Shown: positions 50,024 to 58,979 of the stretch, piece after piece
How the letters are laid out: every line of letters starts with the position of its first letter
How positions within the stretch are numbered: position 1 is the first letter of the stretch
NCBI GenBank assembly: GCA_937952415.1
Contig: CALFYT010000003.1
Span: 39,322 to 103,321 of the forward strand
From: an uncultured Planctomycetaceae bacterium
GTDB lineage: Bacteria; Planctomycetota; Planctomycetia; Pirellulales; PALSA-1355
Direction of reading: 5' to 3'
Length of the DNA stretch: 64,000 nucleotides
Translations under genes and position numbers: made by a program
The notes under the pieces: generated by a model
Told to the model about the DNA's origin: nothing
The model's database searches: none
What the model saw: the letters and a program-made list of their open reading frames with translations, nothing else

Positions 50024-50356
50024 TCAGGCGAACACGTCCACACCGCTGCCGCGATCGGGTTGTGGATCGGTCCGCGGAGCGGTCTCCTCCCGATGCGCAT
50101 GCTGGTCGTCGGCAGATTCGGATCGGGCGCGGCGCGTCTGCACGTACTGTCGCCCGTCCGCATCGTGATCGTGCGGGCCGATCTCCTTGCCTTCGGCGCC
50201 GGACACGCCCTCGGCCTGGTCGGCCGGCCCCTTGTCGGCAACTGTCCGCGCGCGACCCGGAGCGACACGATGTGCACGCTGGTGAACGTCGTGGGCCGAT
50301 TGTGCAATCGAGCCGGTCGTGCTCGCCGCCAGGTTGGCGATCGGTTCCACGCTCAT
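50024..50356 (-). CDS. hypothetical small disordered protein (His/Asp/Arg/Gln-rich)
   Basis: ATG 50356 has a GAGGA SD 5-6 nt upstream. 110 aa of low complexity. Coding status is uncertain. Confidence 0.4.
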   Translation of the reverse strand: MSVEPIANLAASTTGSIAQSAHDVHQRAHRVAPGRARTVADKGPADQAEGVSGAEGKEIGPHDHDADGRQYVQTRRARSESADDQHAHREETAPRTDPQPDRGSGVDVFA

Positions 50357-50422
50357 CGGTGTCCTCGCGTCTTGTGTTGTCGCATGGCCGCGGCGTGGCA
50401 ACTTTGGTCCGATGGCGTGCGA

Positions 50423-53400
50423 TCACCGTGGGCCGAACGGCCACCATGCGCTGCTGGCTTGCGGCGCGCGGGCGGGCTCTTCGTAGTCTGCACGCAGCCG
50501 CTCCAATGCCTCGCCCACCATCGGGACCGCCTCGGTCCAGGTTTGCGGCCGATCGAGCGGACCTTCGACACGAATCTTTAGAATTTGCTGGCTGGCCTCG
50601 CTGAACATGCCGGAGATCAGCGGGATCGCGCCACGGCCGACTGTCGTGTGCAGGTCAAGTTGGATTGGGTTGGCTTGCCCGTCGAGCTTCAATTCGCCGT
50701 GCCCCGACAGATCGAGCGCGTCACCGCGCAGATCGATCCGCGTCAACGTGACGTGCGGCCCGTTGATCCGGAACGTGATGTCGCTTTCGGTGAAAGCCGT
50801 CGAATCGGGTGCGCGTGCCCGAACGATCTTGAGCAGCGAAACGATCAGGGGCAATTCGTAGATATTCGCCTCGCTGAGATGCACGTTGCCGGTGCCGACC
50901 AGCGTGTGCTGGCCGCGGCTGCCTTGCAGATCGACGTTGGCCAAGACGCGGCCGTTGAGCGTTCGCTGGGTCGTCATGTTCTCGGCGGCAAAGCGGGCCA
51001 GATCCGCGTTCGACAGCGACGCGATTAGACGATACTGCGGGACCGCGCCGAGCTGCACATGGCAGTCGGCGGCAACGACTCCGCCGTACAGCTTTGCAGT
51101 GACGCGCCCAGATTTCTGGCCGTTCGGCATGGCATGTGGCAGGGTGCCAAGGTAAACGTCGCTCTGATCGAACCACAGAGGACCAAGAATCTCGGTGAAC
51201 TGAAAGTTCTTGTACGTCAGGCTGTCGAGCTTGAGTTCGCCGAAGCTGCTAAATCGCTTCCCATCGGACCCGCCGCGCAGACGGACCGCGCCAAACACGT
51301 TGTCAAGTTGCGGACCAACTTGCAGGCTGGTTTGGTGCAAAAACAAGTCGACGTCCCAGCCGGTTCGCAGCGGCGCTTCGACCGCGTCCTTGGAAAACTC
51401 CAAGATGCCCATCAGGTTGATTGGCCCGGTCGGGCGCAATTCGGCAACAGCGCCGCGCAGGGCTGCTGGAAGTGCCGCAACCAGTTCCTGATCACCCCCG
51501 TGCAGTCGTGCGCGATCAACGCTCAATCGCTCCAGCCTGAGTTTCCAGGAACCGTTGGGAAAGAAGTCGCACCAGCCGTCGGTCCGCATCTTCGTGGCGC
51601 CGTGCCGCGCGCGGACGTCTTTCAGCTCGACGTGGCCGTCATGGTAGTGGACCAGCCCCCCGAGCCTTTCCATTCGATAAGGAAATACAACCGGCGCAAT
51701 TGAGGTACCCAGCTCGCTGCCATCCGACCGCGGCGTGACCTGGTCGGAATGGGGCGCGGGAGTCGGACCGCCTTGGTCTGCGGGTGTGGACGCTAGCGGC
51801 AGGTCGGACGGTGCCGACTGCGCACGCAGCGCCGCGGGCAATGTGCCGCCATGCGGGACGAGCCAAAGATCAATCGACGGCTTGCGCACGCGCGAGTCGT
51901 AGACGACTGCCGCGACAAAGTCGATGCTCCCCCGCGGCCGCAACGCGTTCCAAATCTGGCGCTGTGCGGGTGGCAGCGCGTCGCGCAACTCTTCCTCGAG
52001 CGGAACATTCTGGGCATCGAAGTGGATGTTTAATAGGTCGCCCTCGGGCGAAGTTGACAGGTCGCCCGCGACCTTGACCACACCGGTGTCATTCGCCCCG
52101 ACGAGCGGCGATTCGGTCTTCCACTGCCCGTCGATCATCTCGAGCTTGCCCTGAAGATTGTGCAGCGGGTAGGGCAGTTTTTCATACGTTACCGTGCAGC
52201 GGTTTAGCGAGACGTGCGTGTGCTGGTGGATGCGTGGTCGCGGCAGCGGGTCGTTCGGTTCGCGCCAGAGCACCGTGTGAAAGTCGAATGTGCCGCGCGG
52301 ATCCAGTGATCTAATCGCTTTGTTCTGCTTCGGCTTGAGGATCGCCGCAAACAGCTTTTCGTCGAACTGGATCTTCTCGCCCCAGATCTCGATCTTGCCC
52401 GAATAGTTGGGCCCCGGATCACGGAACGATCCGCGGAGGGTCACCGGCTGCGCGCCGCTAAAGGCCACGAGATTGATGTGGAGTTGATTTCCTTCCAAGG
52501 TGAGCGTGCCGCGGCCGCGCTCCAAGCGATACGGAAACTTGTAGCAACTAAAGGATGCGTTATTCAGGCACGTCAATTGAATCCAGGGCTTCCACTTCTG
52601 ACCGTCGAACGACAGCGAACAGTCAAAGTTCACTTCGCCCGCCGGTTCGTAGTGGGTCCAATGTTTTTTCCAAGCCGGCGGCATCAGGTCGCGCCAGCCG
52701 GGGTCGAGCCGCACTTGTCGACCTGTGGCGCGCAGCGCGCAAGGGCTGTCGGGGCGGTACCCGCGTCGATCAAACTCCGGCACCTCCCACGTGGTTCGCC
52801 CGTGGTTGGCCCGCAAGTCGCGAACGCGAATGCCCGAATTGTCGCAATGAACCCGAGCTGAAAGGTCGGTGAGCGGATAGGGCAGCCTCGGATCGTCGAT
52901 GCGTCCGCCGTCGATTGTGCCATTGACGTCGAACTGCGGCGGCGCGTCGGTCCCGTCGCTCGTCACGCGAAAACTAAGGTTCGCCGGCGCCCGGATCGAT
53001 GGCAACTGTTCCAATGAAAGTGCCACGGGTTCCGGCAGCGCGTCGCGCAACTCGGGCGAAATCTCCAATCGGTCGGCCGTGCCGGAGATCGACCACCGCG
53101 AGCTTGCCGGATCGAATTGCCCGACAATTTCCACCCGTTGCAAGTAGTCACCGGTCACATAGCCTTCCAGCTTCAACTGGTTGTTGTCGTCCGCGTTCGC
53201 GCCGCCGTCGCCCGTTTGTAGCGTGATGTGGATGTCGCGGAGCGTGTACGTGCTGGGCGTCTGTTTGAGCAGGTCAGACACCTCGACCACGCCGTTCTCG
53301 ATCACGAAAGGTGGCAGCGGTCGATTCGGTTTATTGAGCGGCATCAGCTTGTCGATGCCATACTTCCCGTCCGGACGTCGCGTGGCCCGAAACACGGGCC

Positions 53401-53701
53401 GTGTGAGCTTGACGAGGTCGATCTGTGGATCCCCGGCCACGAGCTCCTGCAAGTCGGTCGGACAAGCGATGAACACCTCGTCCAGAAATGCCAGCTCCGG
53501 TTTGGGTCCGGTCGCGCCGGGCTCGACGATCGACACACCACGGATTTCGATGCCGCCGCTCACCAGCCGTGCGCCGCGAACGTGAACTTCCATCTGGGGA
53601 AATCGCTCGGCAAGCTTCGCCTCGATCCGTGCCCGAACCTCTTCCTCCACGCGGAAGAAGATTTGCCGGTAGTAGAACGGGCTCGCGGCCAGCGCAGCCA
53701 A
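50423..53701 (-). CDS. AsmA-family / TamB-like large envelope protein
   Basis: 1092 aa, long and beta-rich, with an AsmA-like C-terminal region. The ORF-track start is TTG 53701, but a TM-like segment continues upstream in frame with no canonical start codon (see finding). Confidence 0.6.
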   Translation of the reverse strand: MAALAASPFYYRQIFFRVEEEVRARIEAKLAERFPQMEVHVRGARLVSGGIEIRGVSIVEPGATGPKPELAFLDEVFIACPTDLQELVAGDPQIDLVKLTRPVFRATRRPDGKYGIDKLMPLNKPNRPLPPFVIENGVVEVSDLLKQTPSTYTLRDIHITLQTGDGGANADDNNQLKLEGYVTGDYLQRVEIVGQFDPASSRWSISGTADRLEISPELRDALPEPVALSLEQLPSIRAPANLSFRVTSDGTDAPPQFDVNGTIDGGRIDDPRLPYPLTDLSARVHCDNSGIRVRDLRANHGRTTWEVPEFDRRGYRPDSPCALRATGRQVRLDPGWRDLMPPAWKKHWTHYEPAGEVNFDCSLSFDGQKWKPWIQLTCLNNASFSCYKFPYRLERGRGTLTLEGNQLHINLVAFSGAQPVTLRGSFRDPGPNYSGKIEIWGEKIQFDEKLFAAILKPKQNKAIRSLDPRGTFDFHTVLWREPNDPLPRPRIHQHTHVSLNRCTVTYEKLPYPLHNLQGKLEMIDGQWKTESPLVGANDTGVVKVAGDLSTSPEGDLLNIHFDAQNVPLEEELRDALPPAQRQIWNALRPRGSIDFVAAVVYDSRVRKPSIDLWLVPHGGTLPAALRAQSAPSDLPLASTPADQGGPTPAPHSDQVTPRSDGSELGTSIAPVVFPYRMERLGGLVHYHDGHVELKDVRARHGATKMRTDGWCDFFPNGSWKLRLERLSVDRARLHGGDQELVAALPAALRGAVAELRPTGPINLMGILEFSKDAVEAPLRTGWDVDLFLHQTSLQVGPQLDNVFGAVRLRGGSDGKRFSSFGELKLDSLTYKNFQFTEILGPLWFDQSDVYLGTLPHAMPNGQKSGRVTAKLYGGVVAADCHVQLGAVPQYRLIASLSNADLARFAAENMTTQRTLNGRVLANVDLQGSRGQHTLVGTGNVHLSEANIYELPLIVSLLKIVRARAPDSTAFTESDITFRINGPHVTLTRIDLRGDALDLSGHGELKLDGQANPIQLDLHTTVGRGAIPLISGMFSEASQQILKIRVEGPLDRPQTWTEAVPMVGEALERLRADYEEPARAPQASSAWWPFGPR

Positions 53702-53817
53702 CAGCGCCAGGCCAACGCCCCATTTGAAGAAGAACCAGCAGAAGTTAACCGTGCGGTGGATAATCGTTTTAGTCCCTGACTACGTCCATCGTGTTGTGCC
53801 GCGCGTGGTGCGGGTGG

Positions 53818-55119
53818 CTATTCCGTTTGGGCCGAACCCCGCGCCGCAGATTCCGTGCGATCCTTGTTGGCGCCGGAAACGCCCGAGACGACGGCTGCGG
53901 CCAAGACGGTTAGCGCCAGCATTGCCGGCTCGCGATAGCGAATCGAGCCGACGAACGTCACGTGCAATAACGTCAAATAGACAGCCGGCAGCCAGGCCAA
54001 CGCGTACGGCCATCCGCGCGGCGTATACCGCCAGACGCCGATCAAGCCGCATGCCAACAGCGGCACGTACGTACCGGCCACCACCAGGCGGACCGGCCAG
54101 TTGCGCAGGTTCGCCTCGTTGGGCCATACATTCCAGATGCGCACGAACTTGATCCCGGCCAATTCCACTACGCGACGCGGATGGGCCCGGGCCCAGTCCA
54201 GCGCGGCGCGCATCATGCGACGATCAAGTCGGTATTCGAAGGGTGGGCGCAGCGGCAAGTTCACGCCCGCGGCCGCGTCAGCAGCCCGTTGTTGGGCCAC
54301 GAAGCCCGGCACGAAGCGCATATCGCTCGACCCGTCCGCCTCGGGGTTCAGTCCGTCGTACAAACTGGCGCCACGCTGCAACGTTGTGGCTACGAAACGG
54401 CCCGTGACGCGCGCATTGTGAATCCACCACGGCAGCATGCACGCCACGAGCGAAGCGGCCATCGCACATCCGATCACCAGTTGTCGCCCGCGCCGGGCGA
54501 AGGCCATGCCGACCACCAAGGCAAACGGCAGAAACAATAGCCAGCTCGGCCGCATCAACGTAGCCGCGCCCCCAGCGACTCCGCCTGCGATTGCCAATCC
54601 AACGGCCAGGCGAGACGACTCGGCCTGCCACGCCTTGCCCCACAGCGCCAATTGGAGCAGCATCAAGGGGCAAAACGGGGCCTCGCTGAGCACGAACGCA
54701 CCCATCGCAACTCCGCCCGGGTAAAGCGCAGCGATCCAACCTGCGACGAAGGCCGTTCGCCGATCGAACAACGAAGCGCTCCACCAAGCGGCCACGCCCA
54801 CAGCCAATGTGCCCAGTACTGCGCTCAGCGCGCGCGCGGCCATCACGGGCGGATCGTCGCCAACGATCCAAAACATGCCGGCCAATAGCAAGGGATAGCC
54901 GGGGGTGCGCATAACACGGGCGTCTTCGGAGCGATATTGGTACGGTTCGCCCGCGGCAATCGCGCGACCTAGTTCCCAATAGGTGTCGCTGTCGCCAAAG
55001 TAGAATCGGGCCGGCTCGGCAATTCGCGATTGCACCAGCGCACCGGCGGCCAAACGCGCTGCTAGCGCGACCGCCAAGATCACGATCCACGTGGCACGAT
55101 CGCCGGAAAGTCGGGGCAT
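53818..55119 (-). CDS. GT-C fold glycosyltransferase (ArnT/PMT, GT39-like)
   Basis: ATG 55119. About 11 TM helices. The first periplasmic loop carries the FYFGDSDTYWELG acidic motif typical of ArnT/PMT-type enzymes. Confidence 0.6.
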   Translation of the reverse strand: MPRLSGDRATWIVILAVALAARLAAGALVQSRIAEPARFYFGDSDTYWELGRAIAAGEPYQYRSEDARVMRTPGYPLLLAGMFWIVGDDPPVMAARALSAVLGTLAVGVAAWWSASLFDRRTAFVAGWIAALYPGGVAMGAFVLSEAPFCPLMLLQLALWGKAWQAESSRLAVGLAIAGGVAGGAATLMRPSWLLFLPFALVVGMAFARRGRQLVIGCAMAASLVACMLPWWIHNARVTGRFVATTLQRGASLYDGLNPEADGSSDMRFVPGFVAQQRAADAAAGVNLPLRPPFEYRLDRRMMRAALDWARAHPRRVVELAGIKFVRIWNVWPNEANLRNWPVRLVVAGTYVPLLACGLIGVWRYTPRGWPYALAWLPAVYLTLLHVTFVGSIRYREPAMLALTVLAAAVVSGVSGANKDRTESAARGSAQTE

Positions 55120-55313
55120 GGTTGGAGCAGTGATGCCGGGGAGAGGGCAGGGGGCGGGGCATGGTATTGGCGGTCGACAACCACGGTCAAGCCAGCTTCC
55201 AACCGCATTCGGTGCGTCTGCTAATCTGGGCAAGCGCTACCGCATGCTCCGGTTCTGAGATGTCGATTGCGGACCGCTGCCTAGAATTGCCCTAAACGTG
55301 CAGCTTCCGTCCG

Positions 55314-55341
55314 TTTACTTGGGCATGCTGGCTTGTATACT
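55314..55341 (+). promoter_or_regulatory. candidate sigma70 promoter upstream of the MFS transporter gene
   Basis: TTTACT, a 16-nt spacer, then TATACT, about 95 nt upstream of ATG 55438. Confidence 0.3.
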
Positions 55342-55437
55342 CGGGAATCTGTGCGCACGCGCAGCAACCACATGGGCTCGGCCAATCGGGGCCGGCTCCG
55401 CCCATTCGCACGAATTCGACTGTCGGAGACTCAGACA

Positions 55438-56931
55438 ATGCAGACCAGCGGCAAGATATTCTGGGCCAGTTTTTTGACGCTGATCGCTGCGGGAATGGGA
55501 TTTGCCGTGCGAGGCGCGGTGCTACTCGAGTGGGGTGTGCAGTTCGGATTCACGCAAACCGACTTGGGAAAGATCACCGGCGGCGGACTGACCGGCATGG
55601 CCTTCACAATCATCGGCTTTAGCCTGTTCGCCGACCGGATCGGCTACAAGATTATCTTGATCGGCGCCTTTTTGTTGCACGTGTCTTCTGCCGCGCTGAC
55701 GGTCGCCGCCGCACCAGTTTTCGAAGCCTGGGGTGGGGGCGAAGCCGGCAAGAACGCCACATACTGGTGCCTGTTCGTCGGCATGTTCATGTTCTCGCTG
55801 GCCAACGGCATGTGCGAAGCCGCCATCAATCCCTTGGTGGCCACGCTCTATCCCCGCCAGAAGACCCACTACCTGAATATCCTTCACGCCGGCTGGCCGG
55901 GTGGGCTGATCCTCGGCGGACTACTGGCGTTTTGCTTTGTCGGCGAGAGCAGCGTCGTATACCACATGCCTTGGGAAATCCCGATGATGTTCTTCCTGGT
56001 GCCGACGTTGTGGTACGGCGTCATCGTGCTCAAGGAAAAGTTTCCGATTTCCGAGGCGCGGGCCGCCGGCATCAAGTTTGGCGAAATGGTCAAGGAATTT
56101 GCCGCGCCGCTATTGCTGTTCCTGCTTGTGCTGCACGCCATGGTCGGGTACGTCGAGTTGGGCACCGACAGTTGGATCACCAACATTATGGCCGGCTTCA
56201 TTCCCAACAGCGTCCTCCTGTTGGTGTACACCGCCGGGCTAATGTTCGTGCTGCGGTTCTTCGCCGGACCGATTGTCGAGAAGATCAACCCGGTCGGGCT
56301 GCTCTTCGTCAGCGCCGTGCTGGCGGCGATTGGCCTCTACATGATGGGCGGCATGTTGGGTACGGCCACCGTCGCGGCCATTCTGATTCCGGCCACGATC
56401 TACGGCATCGGCAAGACGTTCTTCTGGCCCACGATGTTGGGAGTCGTCGGCGAGCGGTTTCCGAAGGCCGGCGCGCTGGGGCTGGGCGCCATGGGCGGTA
56501 TCGGCATGCTGTCGGCCGGCATGCTCGGCGGTCCGGGCATCGGCTACACGCAAGACGTCTACATGGCAGATCGCCTCGAACAAGAAAACCCCTCGGCCTA
56601 CGAGCAAGTCGCTTCGCAAGAACCGAATCGCTTCTTGTTCTTCGAGCCGGTGCGCGGGTTTGATCAGGCCAAAGTCGCCGAGCTGCCTGACGGAACGGTG
56701 CGCGAGGAAGTGTCGGCCGCCGAAACGTACGGCAAACAGCAGGCGTTGAAGGTCACGGCGATGATTCCTGCCGCCATGGCCGTCGGTTACCTGATCTTGT
56801 TGATTTACTTCCGCGCTGTTGGCGGCTACAAGTTGGTCGAGATTGGCCCGGGCGGTGAAGAACGTGAAACCGCCATCGAGCCGACCGCCGAAGACGCCAT
56901 CTATCGCGACTCGGCCGCCGACCAGGCGTGA
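55438..56931 (+). CDS. MFS transporter
   Basis: ATG 55438. About 12 TM helices, with the MFS-like loop motif FADRIGYK between TM2 and TM3. Hydrophilic C-terminal tail. Confidence 0.75.
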   Translation: MQTSGKIFWASFLTLIAAGMGFAVRGAVLLEWGVQFGFTQTDLGKITGGGLTGMAFTIIGFSLFADRIGYKIILIGAFLLHVSSAALTVAAAPVFEAWGGGEAGKNATYWCLFVGMFMFSLANGMCEAAINPLVATLYPRQKTHYLNILHAGWPGGLILGGLLAFCFVGESSVVYHMPWEIPMMFFLVPTLWYGVIVLKEKFPISEARAAGIKFGEMVKEFAAPLLLFLLVLHAMVGYVELGTDSWITNIMAGFIPNSVLLLVYTAGLMFVLRFFAGPIVEKINPVGLLFVSAVLAAIGLYMMGGMLGTATVAAILIPATIYGIGKTFFWPTMLGVVGERFPKAGALGLGAMGGIGMLSAGMLGGPGIGYTQDVYMADRLEQENPSAYEQVASQEPNRFLFFEPVRGFDQAKVAELPDGTVREEVSAAETYGKQQALKVTAMIPAAMAVGYLILLIYFRAVGGYKLVEIGPGGEERETAIEPTAEDAIYRDSAADQA

Positions 56932-56984
56932 TGCAAATGCCGCTGTAGCGCTCCAAGAGACTAAGCAGCATCCGCGCGCGGAAT

Positions 56985-58100
56985 TCAACAAGTTCCGCCC
57001 GCCGGCGCCGATAGCGTGAGCCGTGCGTTCTCCGTCGTCGCGGTGATTCCGCCCGGGAATACGCGCTTTGACGTGCGCAATTGCTTCGCGTTGTCCGAGA
57101 GCGCGGCCGCTGCCGGTCCATCGCCGCGTCGAGCATCGGCCATGTCGGCCAGCCCATTCCATTCGGCAAAGCCCATCGCGCCCAGCGGCCATGCCTGGCT
57201 CTTCCACACGGCGGCGAACAGTTCTCGAACGACGTGGCGATCTTGCCCCGTCAGTGCACGGCAATCAAAGACAACCCGATCTCGACTGGCTTCGACGACT
57301 GCTCGGTCGCGCAGCGGTTGAACCATCGTTTCGATGGCGTGCTGAGCGTCTGCGGCGATGGTCGACAGCCGCAACAGCGACTCAACCGCCCCAGGCGCGT
57401 AGTCACGCACCAATTGCGGCAGCAGTTCCTGTCGAATCCGGTTCCGCAGGTATTGCGTATCCTGATTGGTGGCGTCTTCGCGAAACGGTTGATCCAGCGC
57501 GGCCAGATAGGCCAGCACGTCACTGTGCCGCAAGCCAAGCATGGGACGCAGCAGGGTTACGGCCGGCCCCAACGGACGCGTTCGGCTCATGCCTGCCAGT
57601 CCCTGCAGGCCCGTGCCGCGAAGCACGTGGTGCAGCACGGTTTCGGCCTGATCATCGGCCGTGTGCGCCACGGCGACAAACCGGGCACCCTGCTGTTCGG
57701 CCGTTTCGCGCAGGAAGGTGTAGCGCTGGTCGCGCGCGGCGGCTTCCGAGAAGTCCGAGTTCGACGGCGGCCCCGTCGCACGACTGACGGCGCATTCCAA
57801 TGATCGTTGCCGGCACAGATCGGCCACAAAGGCTTCGTCGGCGTCCGATGCGGCCCCACGCCAACCGTGGTTGAAGTGGGCCGCGGTGAGTCGGCCCACA
57901 CCGCCTTGCTTAAGCGCGCTCAAACCGCGCAACAGTGCCACGCTGTCGGCCCCTCCGGAGACGGCAACCACAACGCCCACGTCCTGCCAGTCGGACGCGG
58001 GCCACGCCGTTTCAAGCAGTTGTTCAAAAGGCTCGAGCGGGGGCATGACAACGGGGAAATCTGTGGGTTGTGTGACCGCGCCAAGCGGTTGTCGCAACAC
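56985..58100 (-). CDS. tilS: tRNA(Ile)-lysidine synthase
   Basis: PP-loop VVVAVSGGADSVALL. 371 aa. The start is uncertain (GTG 58100 or ATG 58046). Confidence 0.88.
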   Translation of the reverse strand: MLRQPLGAVTQPTDFPVVMPPLEPFEQLLETAWPASDWQDVGVVVAVSGGADSVALLRGLSALKQGGVGRLTAAHFNHGWRGAASDADEAFVADLCRQRSLECAVSRATGPPSNSDFSEAAARDQRYTFLRETAEQQGARFVAVAHTADDQAETVLHHVLRGTGLQGLAGMSRTRPLGPAVTLLRPMLGLRHSDVLAYLAALDQPFREDATNQDTQYLRNRIRQELLPQLVRDYAPGAVESLLRLSTIAADAQHAIETMVQPLRDRAVVEASRDRVVFDCRALTGQDRHVVRELFAAVWKSQAWPLGAMGFAEWNGLADMADARRGDGPAAAALSDNAKQLRTSKRVFPGGITATTENARLTLSAPAGGTC

Positions 58101-58979
58101 GGAAGGAACGGCACAAGCGCGTAGGTCCTGGCAAAGGCCAGAGCTTCCCTATTCCGGACTGTTCAGCCAGCCGTAAGTCGCGGCAGGCGCACCGGTTATC
58201 CTAGCGCGCATTTCCCCCGCGGGGTAGTTGCAGCGGACCGGTCCTGTGATAGGATCGTAGGTAACGAGAACTGTCTGACCGGCGCCGCCCAGTGCGCAAA
58301 TCGTTCGAGACGATTGTCGTCCGACGGCCGCGACTGAGCGACGGTTGGTCCGGACGTGTTCTCACGGTAACAACAAAAAGAGTGCCTTCGGGTCCAACCG
58401 GAGGAAGTTGCAGCCACCATAGGCATGCGGCAACACCAGTGACGATTCTGTAGCGGGTGACAACGACAAAGCAATTTGCGGGAGTTCGCAATCACGATGT
58501 ACGTCTTGGCTATTTTACGATTTGTCCTTGGCTTGCTGCTGGGGGCTCGTGCTGCGAATCCATCGCCCCAGACCCGCCCGACGATGTTCGGCCAGTCCGA
58601 TCGGTTCGGGACGCGTCTGTTGCGTGGGGTACTTCCGCATAATTGGGTAAGCGTGGATGACTTCTCGACCGAAAGCCTCCACGGGCTCGTCTATCGTGGG
58701 CGGGGGACTTTCGACAAAGCGAGCTATCTTCCCTCTTGCGCGTTGCGCGCCCTGCGAAAACTGGTCGGCGGTCGGGAACTTTGTCCTGCGCCGGCCACGA
58801 GAGTTTCGCCCTGCGATTCGCGGCGCCGTTTTTGACGGCGCGGCTCCGAGTCGACTGCCGAGTCTGGCTGCAATCCTCCCTGACGCCGGGTGGCTGAGTA
58901 CGCGTCCGCACTGACGCGTGCGCTAGTCGGCCCGTCGTGCCCGACGTCGCTCCGAGAGCAAGGCGAGGGGGGGATCGAC

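Noticed and set aside
58299-58315. tRNA/tmRNA-like T-arm: AATCG-TTCGAGA-CGATT, a 5-bp stem with a TPsiC-like 7-nt loop.
   Set aside because: The following 7 nt (GTCGTCC) have no acceptable 5' acceptor partner at the right distance. There is no D-arm with GG, no U8 and no CCA. The tmRNA-like 5' GGGG...UUCGAC motif at 58701-58716 would put its 3' end inside rny.
58385-58425. SRP (4.5S) RNA domain IV-like string GGUCCAACCGGAGGAAGUUGCAGCCACC.
   Set aside because: It only loosely resembles GGUCCGGAAGGAAGCAGCCAAGG. The insertions break the symmetric and asymmetric loop motifs, and no flanking helix 5 pairing was found.
58476-58835. 119-aa plus-strand ORF (MREFAITMYVLAILRFVLGLLLG...) in the tilS-rny spacer.
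   Set aside because: It has no SD. Third-position GC is visibly lower than in the real genes of the window. The sequence after the hydrophobic start looks random and Arg/Gly-rich. It is kept only as a possibility under the spacer finding.
58101-58979. RNase P RNA. On the plus strand, GGAGGAAGUUGCAGCCACCAUAGGCA (58400-58425) superficially resembles the P4 region GGAGGAAAGUCCGGGCUCCAUAGGGCA. On the minus strand, GAAAGUCC (complement of 58704-58711) and ACAGAAUC (complement of 58446-58453) lie about 260 nt apart.
   Set aside because: The plus-strand match lacks the invariant AAAGUCC core, and there is no ACAGAAnCCGGCUUA partner. On the minus strand the two elements cannot base-pair to form P4 (no GGGGGACUU-type complement), and the distance from the putative P1 is far too long.
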